From Acidobacteriales bacterium 13_2_20CM_55_8 (GTDB lineage Bacteria > Acidobacteriota > Terriglobia > Terriglobales > Acidobacteriaceae): a stretch of 55,943 nt of DNA. The stretch is taken from contig MNDG01000133.1 of NCBI GenBank assembly GCA_001914815.1, positions 1-55,943 of the forward strand, in the 5' to 3' direction. The translations under genes were made by a program, and so were the position numbers. Below, in pieces: positions 28,993 through 38,522 of this stretch. Position 1 is the first letter of the stretch; each line of letters starts with the position of its first letter. Under the pieces are notes generated by a model. It was not told where the DNA came from, did not search any database, and saw only the letters and a list, made by a program, of their open reading frames with translations.

Positions 28993-29847
28993 ATGACAAG
29001 CCAGGATCGGGCGCCCAACATTTGGTCGAGGTTGCCCATTGCGCTGCGGGCGATCATCTCCGGCCTCCTTATCGCTCTGGTCTCTGCCAATGTGTGGCCG
29101 TTGTTGCTGCTTAACCTTGGCATGCCGCTTGCTGCGATCGCTGAAGCGATATTCCTCGCGCTTTATGTTTGGTGGACAGGCGGCGGAGGTCCGCCGCGGA
29201 CGACGCAAGCCGCCCGTGCCACGGCGTTCCGTCGCGGCAGGTTATCGCCCAGGCAATGGGGGTGGGGCCTTGTCGCTGCACCTTCCTTCGCCATAACGAT
29301 TCATGCCTCCCTCGTTCTGCTGTTCCGCATTGTGCCCTTTCCGATGGCAGCGTTCCGGCAAGGATATGCTTTTTCGTTTATTCCATCTTTGCCTTTGAGA
29401 TGGATTGCAGTCGTGGTCTCAGCCGTTTCGGCGGGGATATGCGAAGAGACCGGCTTTCGCGGCTATATGCAGCGACCGATCGAACAGCGCCATGGCGCGC
29501 CGGTTGCGATTCTGATTTCCTCGCTGTTCTTCACGACACTACATCTCACCAAAGGCTGGGCGATGGCTGGGATGGTTCCCATCGTGTTTGGTGCAGGTGT
29601 TCTGCTGGGACTTCTCGCCTGGTCCTCCGGAACGCTCGTTTTCGGCATGATCGGCCACGTCGTAATGGACATTGGGCTGTTCGCTTATTGGTGGACCGGT
29701 ATTGCCGGCACGTTCACCGCGCGACCGATCACTGAGACGGGTGTGGATCGGTCTTTCCTCATCGCGTCCGCTGTGTTCGCGACATCGCTTTTTTTCGTGC
29801 TGCTTGCGATATCGAAGCTTCGGCAAAAGAGTCCGTCGACAGGTTGA
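28993..29847 (+). CDS. CPBP-family intramembrane metalloprotease (CAAX protease-like)
   Basis: Polytopic ORF with the CPBP motifs EExxxR (CEETGFRGY), FxxxH (FFTTLH) and a downstream H (MIGHVVMD). Confidence 0.75.
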   Translation: MTSQDRAPNIWSRLPIALRAIISGLLIALVSANVWPLLLLNLGMPLAAIAEAIFLALYVWWTGGGGPPRTTQAARATAFRRGRLSPRQWGWGLVAAPSFAITIHASLVLLFRIVPFPMAAFRQGYAFSFIPSLPLRWIAVVVSAVSAGICEETGFRGYMQRPIEQRHGAPVAILISSLFFTTLHLTKGWAMAGMVPIVFGAGVLLGLLAWSSGTLVFGMIGHVVMDIGLFAYWWTGIAGTFTARPITETGVDRSFLIASAVFATSLFFVLLAISKLRQKSPSTG

Positions 29848-29849
29848 GG

Positions 29850-30935
29850 CTAGTGTGCAGCCGTGTAGTGCTTGCTGGTCTCGGTCCTCGAATTAAATAC
29901 CTCGAAGCTTCCATCCTTCCACGCGGTCACTTTCAGATAGTTTCCAGCGTCAGGTCCGACGAGATTGGCAATGAATGGATTAGCAACGTTGTGGTCGATG
30001 CCACCTTCCCTGGAAAAATGGAGCTGCCAAAGATCTTCGAGCCCAGGTGACTTTTTGATGATGTCCCACGAAGGCGGCGACCCACCTTTGGTTTCCCCGT
30101 TGTCCATGATCGCCACGCGCGGAGCAATACCGTGCACAAGGGCGGAACTGCCGCTTTGGCTCCAGCCATGATGAGAAACGATGTAGATATCTACATGGCC
30201 CAGGCGGTTCAATGGACACATTAGCTCCAATTCTTTGTCAGAGGTGAGGTCAGCGAGATCCAAAATCCGGAGCTTGCCAAATGTGATCATCGTTCCCAAA
30301 GAGCGTAGATTCTCTGTTTTGTCGGCCGGATACTGATCGGATGACTTACAGGCCGGATTTGTTCCACCCGCTCCACGCAAAGGTTTTTTGATGAGCACGC
30401 CGTCAGAGCTAACGACCTCAGGCTGAATCCCCCGAATGGGTAGATTGTCTCCCGGCTTAGCGATGATGCGTTTGACATTGCCTTTTGCCAGGAATCGCTG
30501 ATAGTCCTGCCAAACTTGCTCCGTGGTCGCGTCCGTATGCTCCCGGTTTTCTCCGTGATCGATGACTGTTCCAACCGGAATTTTTGCAGCGAGCTGCGTG
30601 ATCCCGCCGGCATGATCTTGGTGGAAGTGGGTTAGGAGGACAAAGTCGATCGTGCTGATTCCCGCTTTCCCTGCCGCTGCCACAATCCGACCCGCATCTC
30701 GCCCATCGTGACCCGGCCAGCCGGTGTCAATCAGCAATGACTGGCCAGCGGGTGTGACGAATAACGTGGCTTGGCCTCCTTCGACGTCAACAAAGTATAT
30801 TTGTAGCGCGTCGCGGACTGGAGGCGTCGACGCCCCCAATGCCATCGGCACCAGTAAAACACTCAGACTGCCAGCCAGGAAGAAAGCTCGCCAACGAAAC
30901 TTCAGTTCTAATCGACAAATAGAAGTGCCTGCCAT
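29850..30935 (-). CDS. Secreted MBL-fold metallo-hydrolase (ComEC C-terminal-like)
   Basis: HxHxDH motif (LLTHFHQDHAGG) and a signal-like N-terminus from ATG 30935 (MAGTSICRLELKFRWRAFFLAGSLSVLLVPMALGA). The longer ORF-track start would overlap the upstream SDR gene. Confidence 0.7.
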   Translation of the reverse strand: MAGTSICRLELKFRWRAFFLAGSLSVLLVPMALGASTPPVRDALQIYFVDVEGGQATLFVTPAGQSLLIDTGWPGHDGRDAGRIVAAAGKAGISTIDFVLLTHFHQDHAGGITQLAAKIPVGTVIDHGENREHTDATTEQVWQDYQRFLAKGNVKRIIAKPGDNLPIRGIQPEVVSSDGVLIKKPLRGAGGTNPACKSSDQYPADKTENLRSLGTMITFGKLRILDLADLTSDKELELMCPLNRLGHVDIYIVSHHGWSQSGSSALVHGIAPRVAIMDNGETKGGSPPSWDIIKKSPGLEDLWQLHFSREGGIDHNVANPFIANLVGPDAGNYLKVTAWKDGSFEVFNSRTETSKHYTAAH

Positions 30936-30951
30936 TGTCTGAGCCCCGGTT

Positions 30952-31761
30952 CTACTTTGGCTTCCTTGCGTCTGCTGACTGCGATAGCGCCCGCGTAGCG
31001 CCGGTCGAGATTCCACCATCCACCAGCAGAGTTTGCCCGGTCACATATCGGCTGGACTCGGCGGCGAGAAATACGATTGCGGCATCCAGGTCCTCAGGCT
31101 GTCCCGGACGCTTGACCGGAATACGGTCACAAAGATACTCAACCCACTCGTTGTTCTCGTACAAGGCCTTGTTCTGTTCCGTGCGAAACCATCCCGGAGC
31201 CAGACAATTAACCGTGACCCCGTGCTTGCCCCAGTCGTCCGCCAGGCTCATCGTCAATTGCCGGACGCCCCCTCGACTGGCTCCGTAAGGTCCGAGATCA
31301 GCATAGCCGGCGACGCTGGTGACCGAGCCAATGTTAATAATGCGTCCGTAGCGGCGGGTGATCATGCCACGAGCAACAGCTTGGGACACAAAAAAAGTGC
31401 CGCGCAGATTGGTGTCAAGGATCAGATTCCAATCGTCCCAAGTCACGTCCAGCGCGGGCTTCCGAACGTTGCAACCTGCGTTGTTCACCAGGATATCCAG
31501 ACGGCCAAAGGCCGCTTCCGCACTTGCAACCATCCGCGAAATGCTCTCAAGTTCGCGGACGTCGAGTTCCAAAGAAACTGCGCGGCGCCCGAGCGCCCTA
31601 ATCTCCTTTTCAAAAGGCAGTAAACGATCGCGATTGCGACTGGTGAGCACCAGGTCAGCCCCGGCTTTCGCCAAAGCGCGTGCCATGTATTGCCCCAGAC
31701 CTCGGCTGGTGCCGGTGACAATCGCAACCTGTCCGCTGAGATCAAAAAGTCCATCGTTCAC
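30952..31761 (-). CDS. SDR-family oxidoreductase (gluconate-5-dehydrogenase/KduD-like)
   Basis: TGxxxGxG (VAIVTGTSRGLG), NNAG (LVNNAG) and a catalytic Y (LGPYGASRGG). I chose GTG 31761 because it forms a GTGA overlap with the upstream ADH stop and gives a typical (M)NDGLFDLSGQVAIVTG N-terminus. Confidence 0.8.
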   Translation of the reverse strand: MNDGLFDLSGQVAIVTGTSRGLGQYMARALAKAGADLVLTSRNRDRLLPFEKEIRALGRRAVSLELDVRELESISRMVASAEAAFGRLDILVNNAGCNVRKPALDVTWDDWNLILDTNLRGTFFVSQAVARGMITRRYGRIINIGSVTSVAGYADLGPYGASRGGVRQLTMSLADDWGKHGVTVNCLAPGWFRTEQNKALYENNEWVEYLCDRIPVKRPGQPEDLDAAIVFLAAESSRYVTGQTLLVDGGISTGATRALSQSADARKPK

Positions 31762-32801
31762 AATGACGTCCCGGGAGTGAGAACTACCTTCATCAGATTC
31801 GGTTCTCGCGCATACAATCGCTCGAACCATTGTTGCCCTTCACCCAACGGAGCAATGGCAGTAATGAGCGGCTTCACTTGAATCGCTCCACTAGATATGA
31901 GTTCGATGGCCCGCGGATACTCGCCAGCGGAGGCGCAGGATCCCTGAAGTCGGATCTGCCGTGTGACAATTTTTTGCAACGGCAGTGTGACTTCGGGCGA
32001 GATGTTGCCGACCAGAATGACCCTTCCTCCTTTACGGACGCTATCGATGGCGACACCGACAGTTTCATTTTTTCCGACGGCTTCGATAGCAACATCCATA
32101 CCAGCTCCGCCCGACAGCTGCAGTATCTGATCCAGAAAGTCCGGATCCGCTGCCCACAACGCCTCGGTTGCTCCGAAGTATTCGGCGAGCTTGAGACGTG
32201 ACTTGTCTATATCCGCCACCAGAACACGCTTACAATCAGCAGCTCGCAATGCTTGCAGAATAAGCAGTCCAATCATGCCGGCGCCGACGACCAGAGCATT
32301 GCCATCAGGAGCAACTGGCGTCAGTGAGACAGCATGAAGCGCTACAGCGACTGCCTCCAGCAGCGCTGCTTCTGCAAACGACAAATTGTCAGGCAGGCGA
32401 TAAACGATGCGCGCAGGAACCACTACGTATTCGGCAAACGCACCAGCGCGACGATAATCGGAGCAGGACACTCCGAGAACCTGGCGGTAATCACACAGGT
32501 TAACTTCGCCGCGAAGACAGAAAGCGCACGCGCCGCAATAGACAGTCGAATCAAAAGTTACTCTGTCGTCTTTAGAAAACTCCGCGACGCCGGCCCCAAC
32601 GCCGGCGACTGTCCCGGCCGCCTCGTGTCCCATGACGATAGGCGGTATACGCCGTCCCGAGGAGCCATCGTAGCCGTGAACATCACTGCCACAGATCCCG
32701 CAAGCTGCAACCCGGATCAGAAGCTCCCCCGGCGCCGGTGCCGGCGTGGGAACGTCCGCTATCTCCAGATGCCGGTACTTTGAAAGCAGCAGAGCTTTCA
32801 T
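31758..32801 (-). CDS. Zinc-dependent alcohol/polyol dehydrogenase (sorbitol/L-idonate dehydrogenase-like MDR)
   Basis: 347 aa with zinc and nucleotide motifs (GICGSDVHGYDG, GHEAAGTV, VVGAGMIGLL). Confidence 0.8.
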   Translation of the reverse strand: MKALLLSKYRHLEIADVPTPAPAPGELLIRVAACGICGSDVHGYDGSSGRRIPPIVMGHEAAGTVAGVGAGVAEFSKDDRVTFDSTVYCGACAFCLRGEVNLCDYRQVLGVSCSDYRRAGAFAEYVVVPARIVYRLPDNLSFAEAALLEAVAVALHAVSLTPVAPDGNALVVGAGMIGLLILQALRAADCKRVLVADIDKSRLKLAEYFGATEALWAADPDFLDQILQLSGGAGMDVAIEAVGKNETVGVAIDSVRKGGRVILVGNISPEVTLPLQKIVTRQIRLQGSCASAGEYPRAIELISSGAIQVKPLITAIAPLGEGQQWFERLYAREPNLMKVVLTPGTSL

Positions 32802-32871
32802 CTGAGAACCATTCGCAAGCCCGCGTGGACGCTGTGCGCGGAAACAACGATCGAAGTCTTTGGAGCAACAA

Positions 32872-34044
32872 TTACTTGGATACTTTTACCAGCACAACAC
32901 CATGTTTGGGCACTTCCACCGTGTACGCATCCTGCACTATGCCGATATCTTTGTGCTCCCAAAGGTCACGCACTTTTGCTAGACCGCTGAACCCGATAGC
33001 TTTGAAATCCAGAGTCATTTTCAGGTCTGCCTCACTGCGATTGAACAGGCCCACAGCTTGGCTTTGATCGGCGAGCGACCTTGTCCAGATTTCCAACGGG
33101 CCTTCCTCCCAAATCCGATGACCCTGCACACCTTTCGCATCCTGATCAACCGCAAGGACCTCTCCATTGGTCAGCATTTCTTTGGTTTCGGCAGTCATGC
33201 TCCTCAAATCATTACCGGCGAGTAACGGCGCGGCGAGTAAGGCCCACAATGCCATGTGGGTTCGATATTCGTCGCGATTCATACCACCATTACCGACCTC
33301 GAGCATGTCGGGATCATTCCAGTGGCCGGGGCCGGCAAACTTTTCTAGTCCGTTCTGGCTGAATCCAATTAGAGACATGCTGTCGTACTTGTCGCTGATG
33401 TCGCCCGTCGTCCGCCAGAGGTTTCCGGTTTTCGGTCCCCATCGCCAAGGCGCCTTGACACCCCAGTTGCAGATGCTGAACACGATTGGACGTCCGGCTT
33501 GCGCCAACGCATCACGAAACTTTGCATACTGTACTTCTGGATCGAGTCCTTCGGAGTGACACCAATCCACTTTGACGTAATCCACTCCCCACGAAGCGTA
33601 AGTCTTCGCGTCCTGAAGTTCGTGATCCAAACTCCCGGGCCGCTTTTGGCAAGTCAGTCGGCCGGCATCGGTGTACACACCGAGTTTCAACCCTTTGCCA
33701 TGTACATAGTCGGCCAGCGCTTTGATACCGCTGGGAAATCTGGTGGGATCGGCAACAATTTTTCCCTGGGTATCACGGCTGACTTGCCAGCAGTCATCAA
33801 TATTGACGTATTGGTAGCCTGCCGCCTTAAGACCACTGCTGACCATCGCATCAGTCATCTCCCGGATCAACTGCTCGCTTACGTCGCATGCAAACTTGTT
33901 CCAGCTGTTCCAACCCATTGGCGGAGTCAGTGCCAACTGAGCAGACGCACCACCAGCGGCGGGCTGTGCCTCTGCCGTGCTATTCATTGCGAAAACAACT
34001 AATGGCAGAAAGACCGCAATCAGCGCGCATCGAAAGATTTTCAT
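32872..34044 (-). CDS. Secreted alpha-galactosidase, glycoside hydrolase family 27
   Basis: Signal peptide plus GH27 hallmarks (PPMGWNSWNKFACDV...GYQYVNIDDCW, VDYVKVDWC, CNWG). Confidence 0.85.
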   Translation of the reverse strand: MKIFRCALIAVFLPLVVFAMNSTAEAQPAAGGASAQLALTPPMGWNSWNKFACDVSEQLIREMTDAMVSSGLKAAGYQYVNIDDCWQVSRDTQGKIVADPTRFPSGIKALADYVHGKGLKLGVYTDAGRLTCQKRPGSLDHELQDAKTYASWGVDYVKVDWCHSEGLDPEVQYAKFRDALAQAGRPIVFSICNWGVKAPWRWGPKTGNLWRTTGDISDKYDSMSLIGFSQNGLEKFAGPGHWNDPDMLEVGNGGMNRDEYRTHMALWALLAAPLLAGNDLRSMTAETKEMLTNGEVLAVDQDAKGVQGHRIWEEGPLEIWTRSLADQSQAVGLFNRSEADLKMTLDFKAIGFSGLAKVRDLWEHKDIGIVQDAYTVEVPKHGVVLVKVSK

Positions 34045-34247
34045 TGTCCTCTCCGTGTTCCTTCGTCAAACGAATCGCTATGTTAAGGCGAGTGGGGTAA
34101 AAAGGCGACCCCTACTCGAAAACCGCAAAGGTGCAGGCGGCGATAGGTTGCGGATGGGAGGCTAAGGAAACAGTTTCCCGTATGTCAACTGATTAAAATT
34201 CAAGTTGAGGTTCTGACCGACTTAACGAATGATTCAATTCTTATGGT

Positions 34248-34277
34248 TTGACAGGCGGCCAGAGCCATTCTTATATT
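34248..34277 (+). promoter_or_regulatory. Candidate sigma70-type promoter for exuT-kdgK-eda
   Basis: TTGACA (34248-34253), a 17-nt spacer, then TTATAT/TATATT (34271-34277). Confidence 0.4.
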
Positions 34278-34406
34278 CTGCGATGTTGACGCCTCATGAC
34301 GCCTCTAATTTGGCGTGGGTGACGGTCAGGCCGGGTTCACGAAGGGGCCATCCGGTCTAGGGGCCAGACAGAAAAAGTAAAAGCCTGCGTTTTCGATCAT
34401 CCGATC

Positions 34407-35555
34407 ATGGATCAGACCGCCAGACCCGGTGTCGTAGCTACTTCTCCCGAGCATGTGGCCGACGCACTCGGGCAAGAGCAGCGAGGAGGTTCCTCCCGAG
34501 CTGGCTATTTTCGCTGGGTCATCTGTACTCTGCTGCTGCTTGGAACCACCAAAAACTATATGGACCGCCAGGTCCTCGGCGTCCTCAAGAGCACTCTTCA
34601 ACACGACTTGGGCTGGAACGAGATTGACTACAGTAATCTTGTCTTTGCGTTTCAGGCTGCTTACGCGGCCGGCATGGTACTGGTGGGAAGGTTGGTCGAC
34701 CGCCTGGGCACGCGATTAGGTTACTCGCTGGCAATGGCTTTCTGGAGCGTGGCTTCGATGGGTCACGCCCTAGGAAGCAGCTTCACAAGTTTTGTGATCG
34801 CTCGGTCCGCTCTTGGTTTCGGTGAGGCAGGTGTTTTCCCGGCAAGTATTAAGACCGTAGCGGAATGGTTTCCAAAGAAAGAACGAGCGCTAGCCACAGG
34901 AATTTTCAACGCGGGAACTAACGCGGGCGCTATTGTGACGCCTTTGGTAGTTCCCTGGATCACTCTGCACTGGGGATGGCGCTGGGCATTTGTGATCACG
35001 GGGGCGCTGGGATTTGTTTGGCTCGTCTTTTGGATCGTGCTCTATCGCAAGCCCGAGGAGCACTCCCGGGTCTCGAAAGCCGAACTAGCTTACATCCGCA
35101 GCGATCCGCCCGAGCCGATCAGGAAGATCAAATGGATTAGCCTGTTTCCGCATCGCCAGACTTGGGCGTTTGTGATGGGCAAGTTCATGATCGATCCCAT
35201 CTGGTGGTTTTATCTGTTTTGGGTGCCGGACTTTCTGCAACGAAGACATGGGCTGGCCTTGATCAAGATCGGTCTGCCAATCATGGTCATCTATCTGATC
35301 TCTGACGTGGGAAGCGTCGGTGGCGGATGGCTTTCGTCCTGGCTGATTCAACGTGGCAAAAGCCTTAACGCAGCTCGCAAGATTGCCATGTTAGTCTGCG
35401 CACTCTGCGTGGTTCCAATTGTGTTTGCCTATCGGACCGATAACATGTGGGAAGCCGTTTTGCTGATTGGTCTCGCCGCTGCGGGCCACCAGGGCTTCTC
35501 CGCGAATCTTTTTACGTTGACTTCTGACATTTTTCCCGCCCAGGCAGTAGGCTAA
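34407..35555 (+). CDS. exuT: Hexuronate-type MFS transporter (ExuT-like), prematurely terminated
   Basis: The MFS/ExuT-like sequence (TTKNYMDRQVLGVLK..., GFGEAGVFPASIKTVAEWFPKKERALA, HQGFSANLFTLTSDIFPAQAVG) ends at TAA 35553-35555, before the last TM segment. Confidence 0.75.
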   Translation: MDQTARPGVVATSPEHVADALGQEQRGGSSRAGYFRWVICTLLLLGTTKNYMDRQVLGVLKSTLQHDLGWNEIDYSNLVFAFQAAYAAGMVLVGRLVDRLGTRLGYSLAMAFWSVASMGHALGSSFTSFVIARSALGFGEAGVFPASIKTVAEWFPKKERALATGIFNAGTNAGAIVTPLVVPWITLHWGWRWAFVITGALGFVWLVFWIVLYRKPEEHSRVSKAELAYIRSDPPEPIRKIKWISLFPHRQTWAFVMGKFMIDPIWWFYLFWVPDFLQRRHGLALIKIGLPIMVIYLISDVGSVGGGWLSSWLIQRGKSLNAARKIAMLVCALCVVPIVFAYRTDNMWEAVLLIGLAAAGHQGFSANLFTLTSDIFPAQAVG

Positions 35556-35666
35556 TGGTCGGGTAGTTACATGGTACCTTTCTTCATTGCCGGCTCAGCA
35601 TACTTGGTGGCATTGGCTACCATTCAGTTACTGTCTCCCAAACTTGAGCCGGCCAGAATTACCTGA
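35556..35666 (+). pseudogene. In-frame 3' remnant of the exuT-like gene (last TM helix and tail) downstream of the internal stop
   Basis: The same frame continues as WSGSYMVPFFIAGSAYLVALATIQLLSPKLEPARIT-stop. This is a typical MFS TM12 and C-terminal tail. Confidence 0.6.
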
Positions 35667-35675
35667 GGCAGATAC

Positions 35676-36740
35676 ATGGCGCTGGCAATTAGACCGAAGC
35701 AGGGATGCCGGTGGGACCTCGTTAGTCTTGGCGAAGTCATGCTGCGGTTCGACCCGGGCGACGGCCGAATTTCAACGACGCGCCACTTTGACGTGTGCGA
35801 AGGCGGCGGAGAATACAACGTAGCTCGCGGACTAAAACGCTGCTTTGGTATGGATACCGCGGTCGTCAGCGCGTTCGCCAATGACCCTGTGGGACGACTG
35901 CTTCAGGACCTTATCTACCAGGGGGGAGTTGATCAGTCTCTGGTCCGCTGGGTCGAGCACGATGGGGTTGGTCGTGCCGCGCGAAATGGCCTCAATTTCA
36001 CTGAGCGCGGATTCGGAGTGCGTGCAGCCGTAGGATCCTACGATCGTGGACACACCGCAATTTCCCAACTCAAGCCAGGTGACATAGATTGGAATGAAGT
36101 TTTTGGAAAGCTGGGAGCGCGCTGGCTGCACACCGGTGGGATCTTCTGCGCGCTTTCACCCGCGAGTCCGGACGTCGCATTAGAAGCTATGCAAGCCGCA
36201 AAACGCTACCACACACTCGTGTCCTACGACCTGAACTATCGCGCATCCTTATGGAAAGTCAATCGCCGCATCGCACCTTACGTCAATGTCATGCTGGGAA
36301 ATGAGGAGGATTTTTCCGCCGCGCTCGGCTACGAGGTTCCCGGGATGGACGAGCATCATTCAAAGTTTGAAGTGGATAGTTTCAAGGAGATGATTGGCAA
36401 GGTAGTGAAAGATTACCCCTTCAACGTAGTTGCGACCACTTTGCGAAAAGCAAAAACCGCCACCCAGAACGATTGGGGCGCGATCTGCTACTGCGATGGA
36501 AAGTTTTATCAGGCAAAGAACCGGGAAAATCTTGAAATTTTTGATCGCGTGGGCGGCGGCGATTCGTTTGCATCAGGCCTCATTTATGGCTTTCTCAGTG
36601 GCAAAGATCCGCAGTGGGCTGTCGAGTGCGGCACCGCCCACGGGGCACTCGCTATGACTACGCCCGGAGATACCAGCATGGCGACACTACAGGAAGTCAT
36701 CCAGGTGATGGAAGGAGTTGGGGCACGCATCGCGCGATGA
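35676..36740 (+). CDS. kdgK: 2-dehydro-3-deoxygluconokinase (PfkB-family sugar kinase)
   Basis: 354 aa with the PfkB signature (DRVGGGDSFASGLIYG). It sits between exuT and eda. Confidence 0.8.
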   Translation: MALAIRPKQGCRWDLVSLGEVMLRFDPGDGRISTTRHFDVCEGGGEYNVARGLKRCFGMDTAVVSAFANDPVGRLLQDLIYQGGVDQSLVRWVEHDGVGRAARNGLNFTERGFGVRAAVGSYDRGHTAISQLKPGDIDWNEVFGKLGARWLHTGGIFCALSPASPDVALEAMQAAKRYHTLVSYDLNYRASLWKVNRRIAPYVNVMLGNEEDFSAALGYEVPGMDEHHSKFEVDSFKEMIGKVVKDYPFNVVATTLRKAKTATQNDWGAICYCDGKFYQAKNRENLEIFDRVGGGDSFASGLIYGFLSGKDPQWAVECGTAHGALAMTTPGDTSMATLQEVIQVMEGVGARIAR

Positions 36741-36771
36741 TCGGGAACATGCGGCACGAGAGGTCAGTGGA

Positions 36772-37458
36772 ATGAACAAACAGAAAGTTAGCGATCGAAT
36801 AGCAGAAATTGGCGTGGTACCGGTGGTGCGAGCATCGTCGTCACGCGAGGCATTGATCGCGGCCGAGGCAGTTTGCCAGGGAGGAATCCCGATCGTGGAA
36901 ATCACGATGACCGTGCCTGGGGCGGTCGAGGTGATTCGTGAACTCAGCAAGAGCAGCGCTTCGGAAGTGCTCATCGGAGCCGGGACCGTGCTCGATCCCG
37001 AGACGGCGCGTCGCTGCCTGGATGCAGGGGCGCAGTTTCTCGTCAGCCCTGGGTTGAATCTTCAAACCGTCGAATTAGCAGTCCGGGAAAAAATATTGAT
37101 AATGGCGGGCGCCTTAACGCCGACCGAGGTCATCACGGCATGGAACGCTGGTTCGGATTTCGTGAAGATTTTTCCCTGCGGCCAAGTTGGAGGGGCTAAG
37201 TACATCAAAGCTCTGAGAGGTCCGTTACCACAAATTCCGCTGGTGCCCACGGGCGGAGTCAATCTGAATACCGCCGCCGAATTCATAGAGGCAGGGGCTG
37301 CCGCTTTAGGAATCGGGGGCGAACTGGTGCAGGCTGAAGCCTTGAAATCGGGCAAGTCGCAAATCATTGCTGACAACGCGCGCAAGTTCGTGGAAATCGT
37401 GAAACAGACTCGTGCCCGCATGACTTCGCAGAACGCAGTCACCACAAACACGGTGTGA
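36772..37458 (+). CDS. eda: KDPG/KHG aldolase
   Basis: From ATG 36772 (GAGAGG RBS): VVPVVRASS...GGIPIVEITMTVPGAVEVI...GAGTVLD...FLVSPG...TPTEV...FVKIFP...PTGGV, the typical Eda layout. Confidence 0.85.
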   Translation: MNKQKVSDRIAEIGVVPVVRASSSREALIAAEAVCQGGIPIVEITMTVPGAVEVIRELSKSSASEVLIGAGTVLDPETARRCLDAGAQFLVSPGLNLQTVELAVREKILIMAGALTPTEVITAWNAGSDFVKIFPCGQVGGAKYIKALRGPLPQIPLVPTGGVNLNTAAEFIEAGAAALGIGGELVQAEALKSGKSQIIADNARKFVEIVKQTRARMTSQNAVTTNTV

Positions 37459-37463
37459 TCACA

Positions 37464-38240
37464 TCATTGATTGACGCCGCTCGCCAGAAAACCCCCATCT
37501 ACAACCAATAAATGTCCAGTAATGAAGCTGGCTGCATCGGACGCGAGAAATACACTGGCGCCGCCAAGCTCATCGAGTTGTCCAAAACGCCGCATGGGCG
37601 TACGCATTAGAAATTCCCGGCCACGCTCGGTGCCGTCGAGCAGGGCAGCATTCAAATCGGTACGAAAGACGCCCGGTGCGATCGCATTCACGCAAACACC
37701 TGACCTCGCCCACTCGATGGCAAGCGATTTCGTCAGACCAGCCACCGCAGCCTTGCTGGCACAGTACGCGGTCACTTCATAAAGCGAGACGAACGAGGCA
37801 AGCGAAGCAATGTTGATGATGCGGCCGTATCCACGCTCGACCATGTGCTTTCCGAATACTCGACACGCCCGCAAGGTTCCGTTCAAGTTGGTTTCCAGAA
37901 TCGCTTCCCATTCAGACTCTGGGAATTCGAGCGTGGGCGCCCGTTTGGTACGACCGGCGCAGTTCACCAGGATCTGAACGCTGCCAAACTTCTCACGCAC
38001 AGAGTTTAGGAGCTGAGTGAGGCTGGCTGTATCTGTCACATCGCACGTTTGAGCGAGGGAACGCCGGCCTAAGCTCTCCACTTCCGACACAGCACTCCGC
38101 ACCTGTTCGGCGCGACGACTGGAGGGAACAACTTCCGCTCCAGCCTGCGCAAGCGCCTTGGTGAGGGCAAGCCCGATACCGCTGGTCCCGCCGATCACAA
38201 CCGCGGTTTTGTTGGTGAGATCAAGAAGAGGATGACCCAT
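37464..38240 (-). CDS. SDR-family oxidoreductase
   Basis: 258 aa with TGxxxGIG (AVVIGGTSGIG), YxxxK (YCASK) and a C-terminal LVVDGG. Confidence 0.8.
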   Translation of the reverse strand: MGHPLLDLTNKTAVVIGGTSGIGLALTKALAQAGAEVVPSSRRAEQVRSAVSEVESLGRRSLAQTCDVTDTASLTQLLNSVREKFGSVQILVNCAGRTKRAPTLEFPESEWEAILETNLNGTLRACRVFGKHMVERGYGRIINIASLASFVSLYEVTAYCASKAAVAGLTKSLAIEWARSGVCVNAIAPGVFRTDLNAALLDGTERGREFLMRTPMRRFGQLDELGGASVFLASDAASFITGHLLVVDGGFLASGVNQ

Positions 38241-38251
38241 AGAAGTCCTTG

Positions 38252-38283
38252 CCGAAACGTTTCGGATGAAGCGATGAATTATA
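38252..38283 (-). promoter_or_regulatory. Perfect TATAAT -10 box followed by a perfect 14-bp palindrome (CCGAAACGTTTCGG), upstream of the SDR gene
   Basis: On the minus strand: TATAAT at 38283-38278 and the palindrome at 38265-38252, with the ATG at 38240. The palindrome has a LacI-family-like AAACGTTT core. Confidence 0.4.
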
Positions 38284-38343
38284 AAGTCAGAAAGCCTCTT
38301 GCTTCGTTAAGTCTTGCTGAATTTCAACCTCAGTTTTTTCGCT

Positions 38344-38372
38344 TTGACAACGCGGAGAGCCGCTTTTATAGT
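38344..38372 (+). promoter_or_regulatory. Candidate sigma70-type promoter for the uronate isomerase gene
   Basis: TTGACA (38344-38349), a 17-nt spacer, then TATAGT (38367-38372). Confidence 0.4.
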
Positions 38373-38522
38373 CCGCGACGCTTGACTCTCAGCGGCATCT
38401 GACCACTTGCAAGGCCATTTGAGCCACGCTAGCGGCTAGTGCTTCGGTCCGCTTTTCATTGTTATGCGGGCCGCTGATCCAATAAGTCAAGAAGCTCCGA
38501 ACGGCAGATGCCCAGATAGCAA

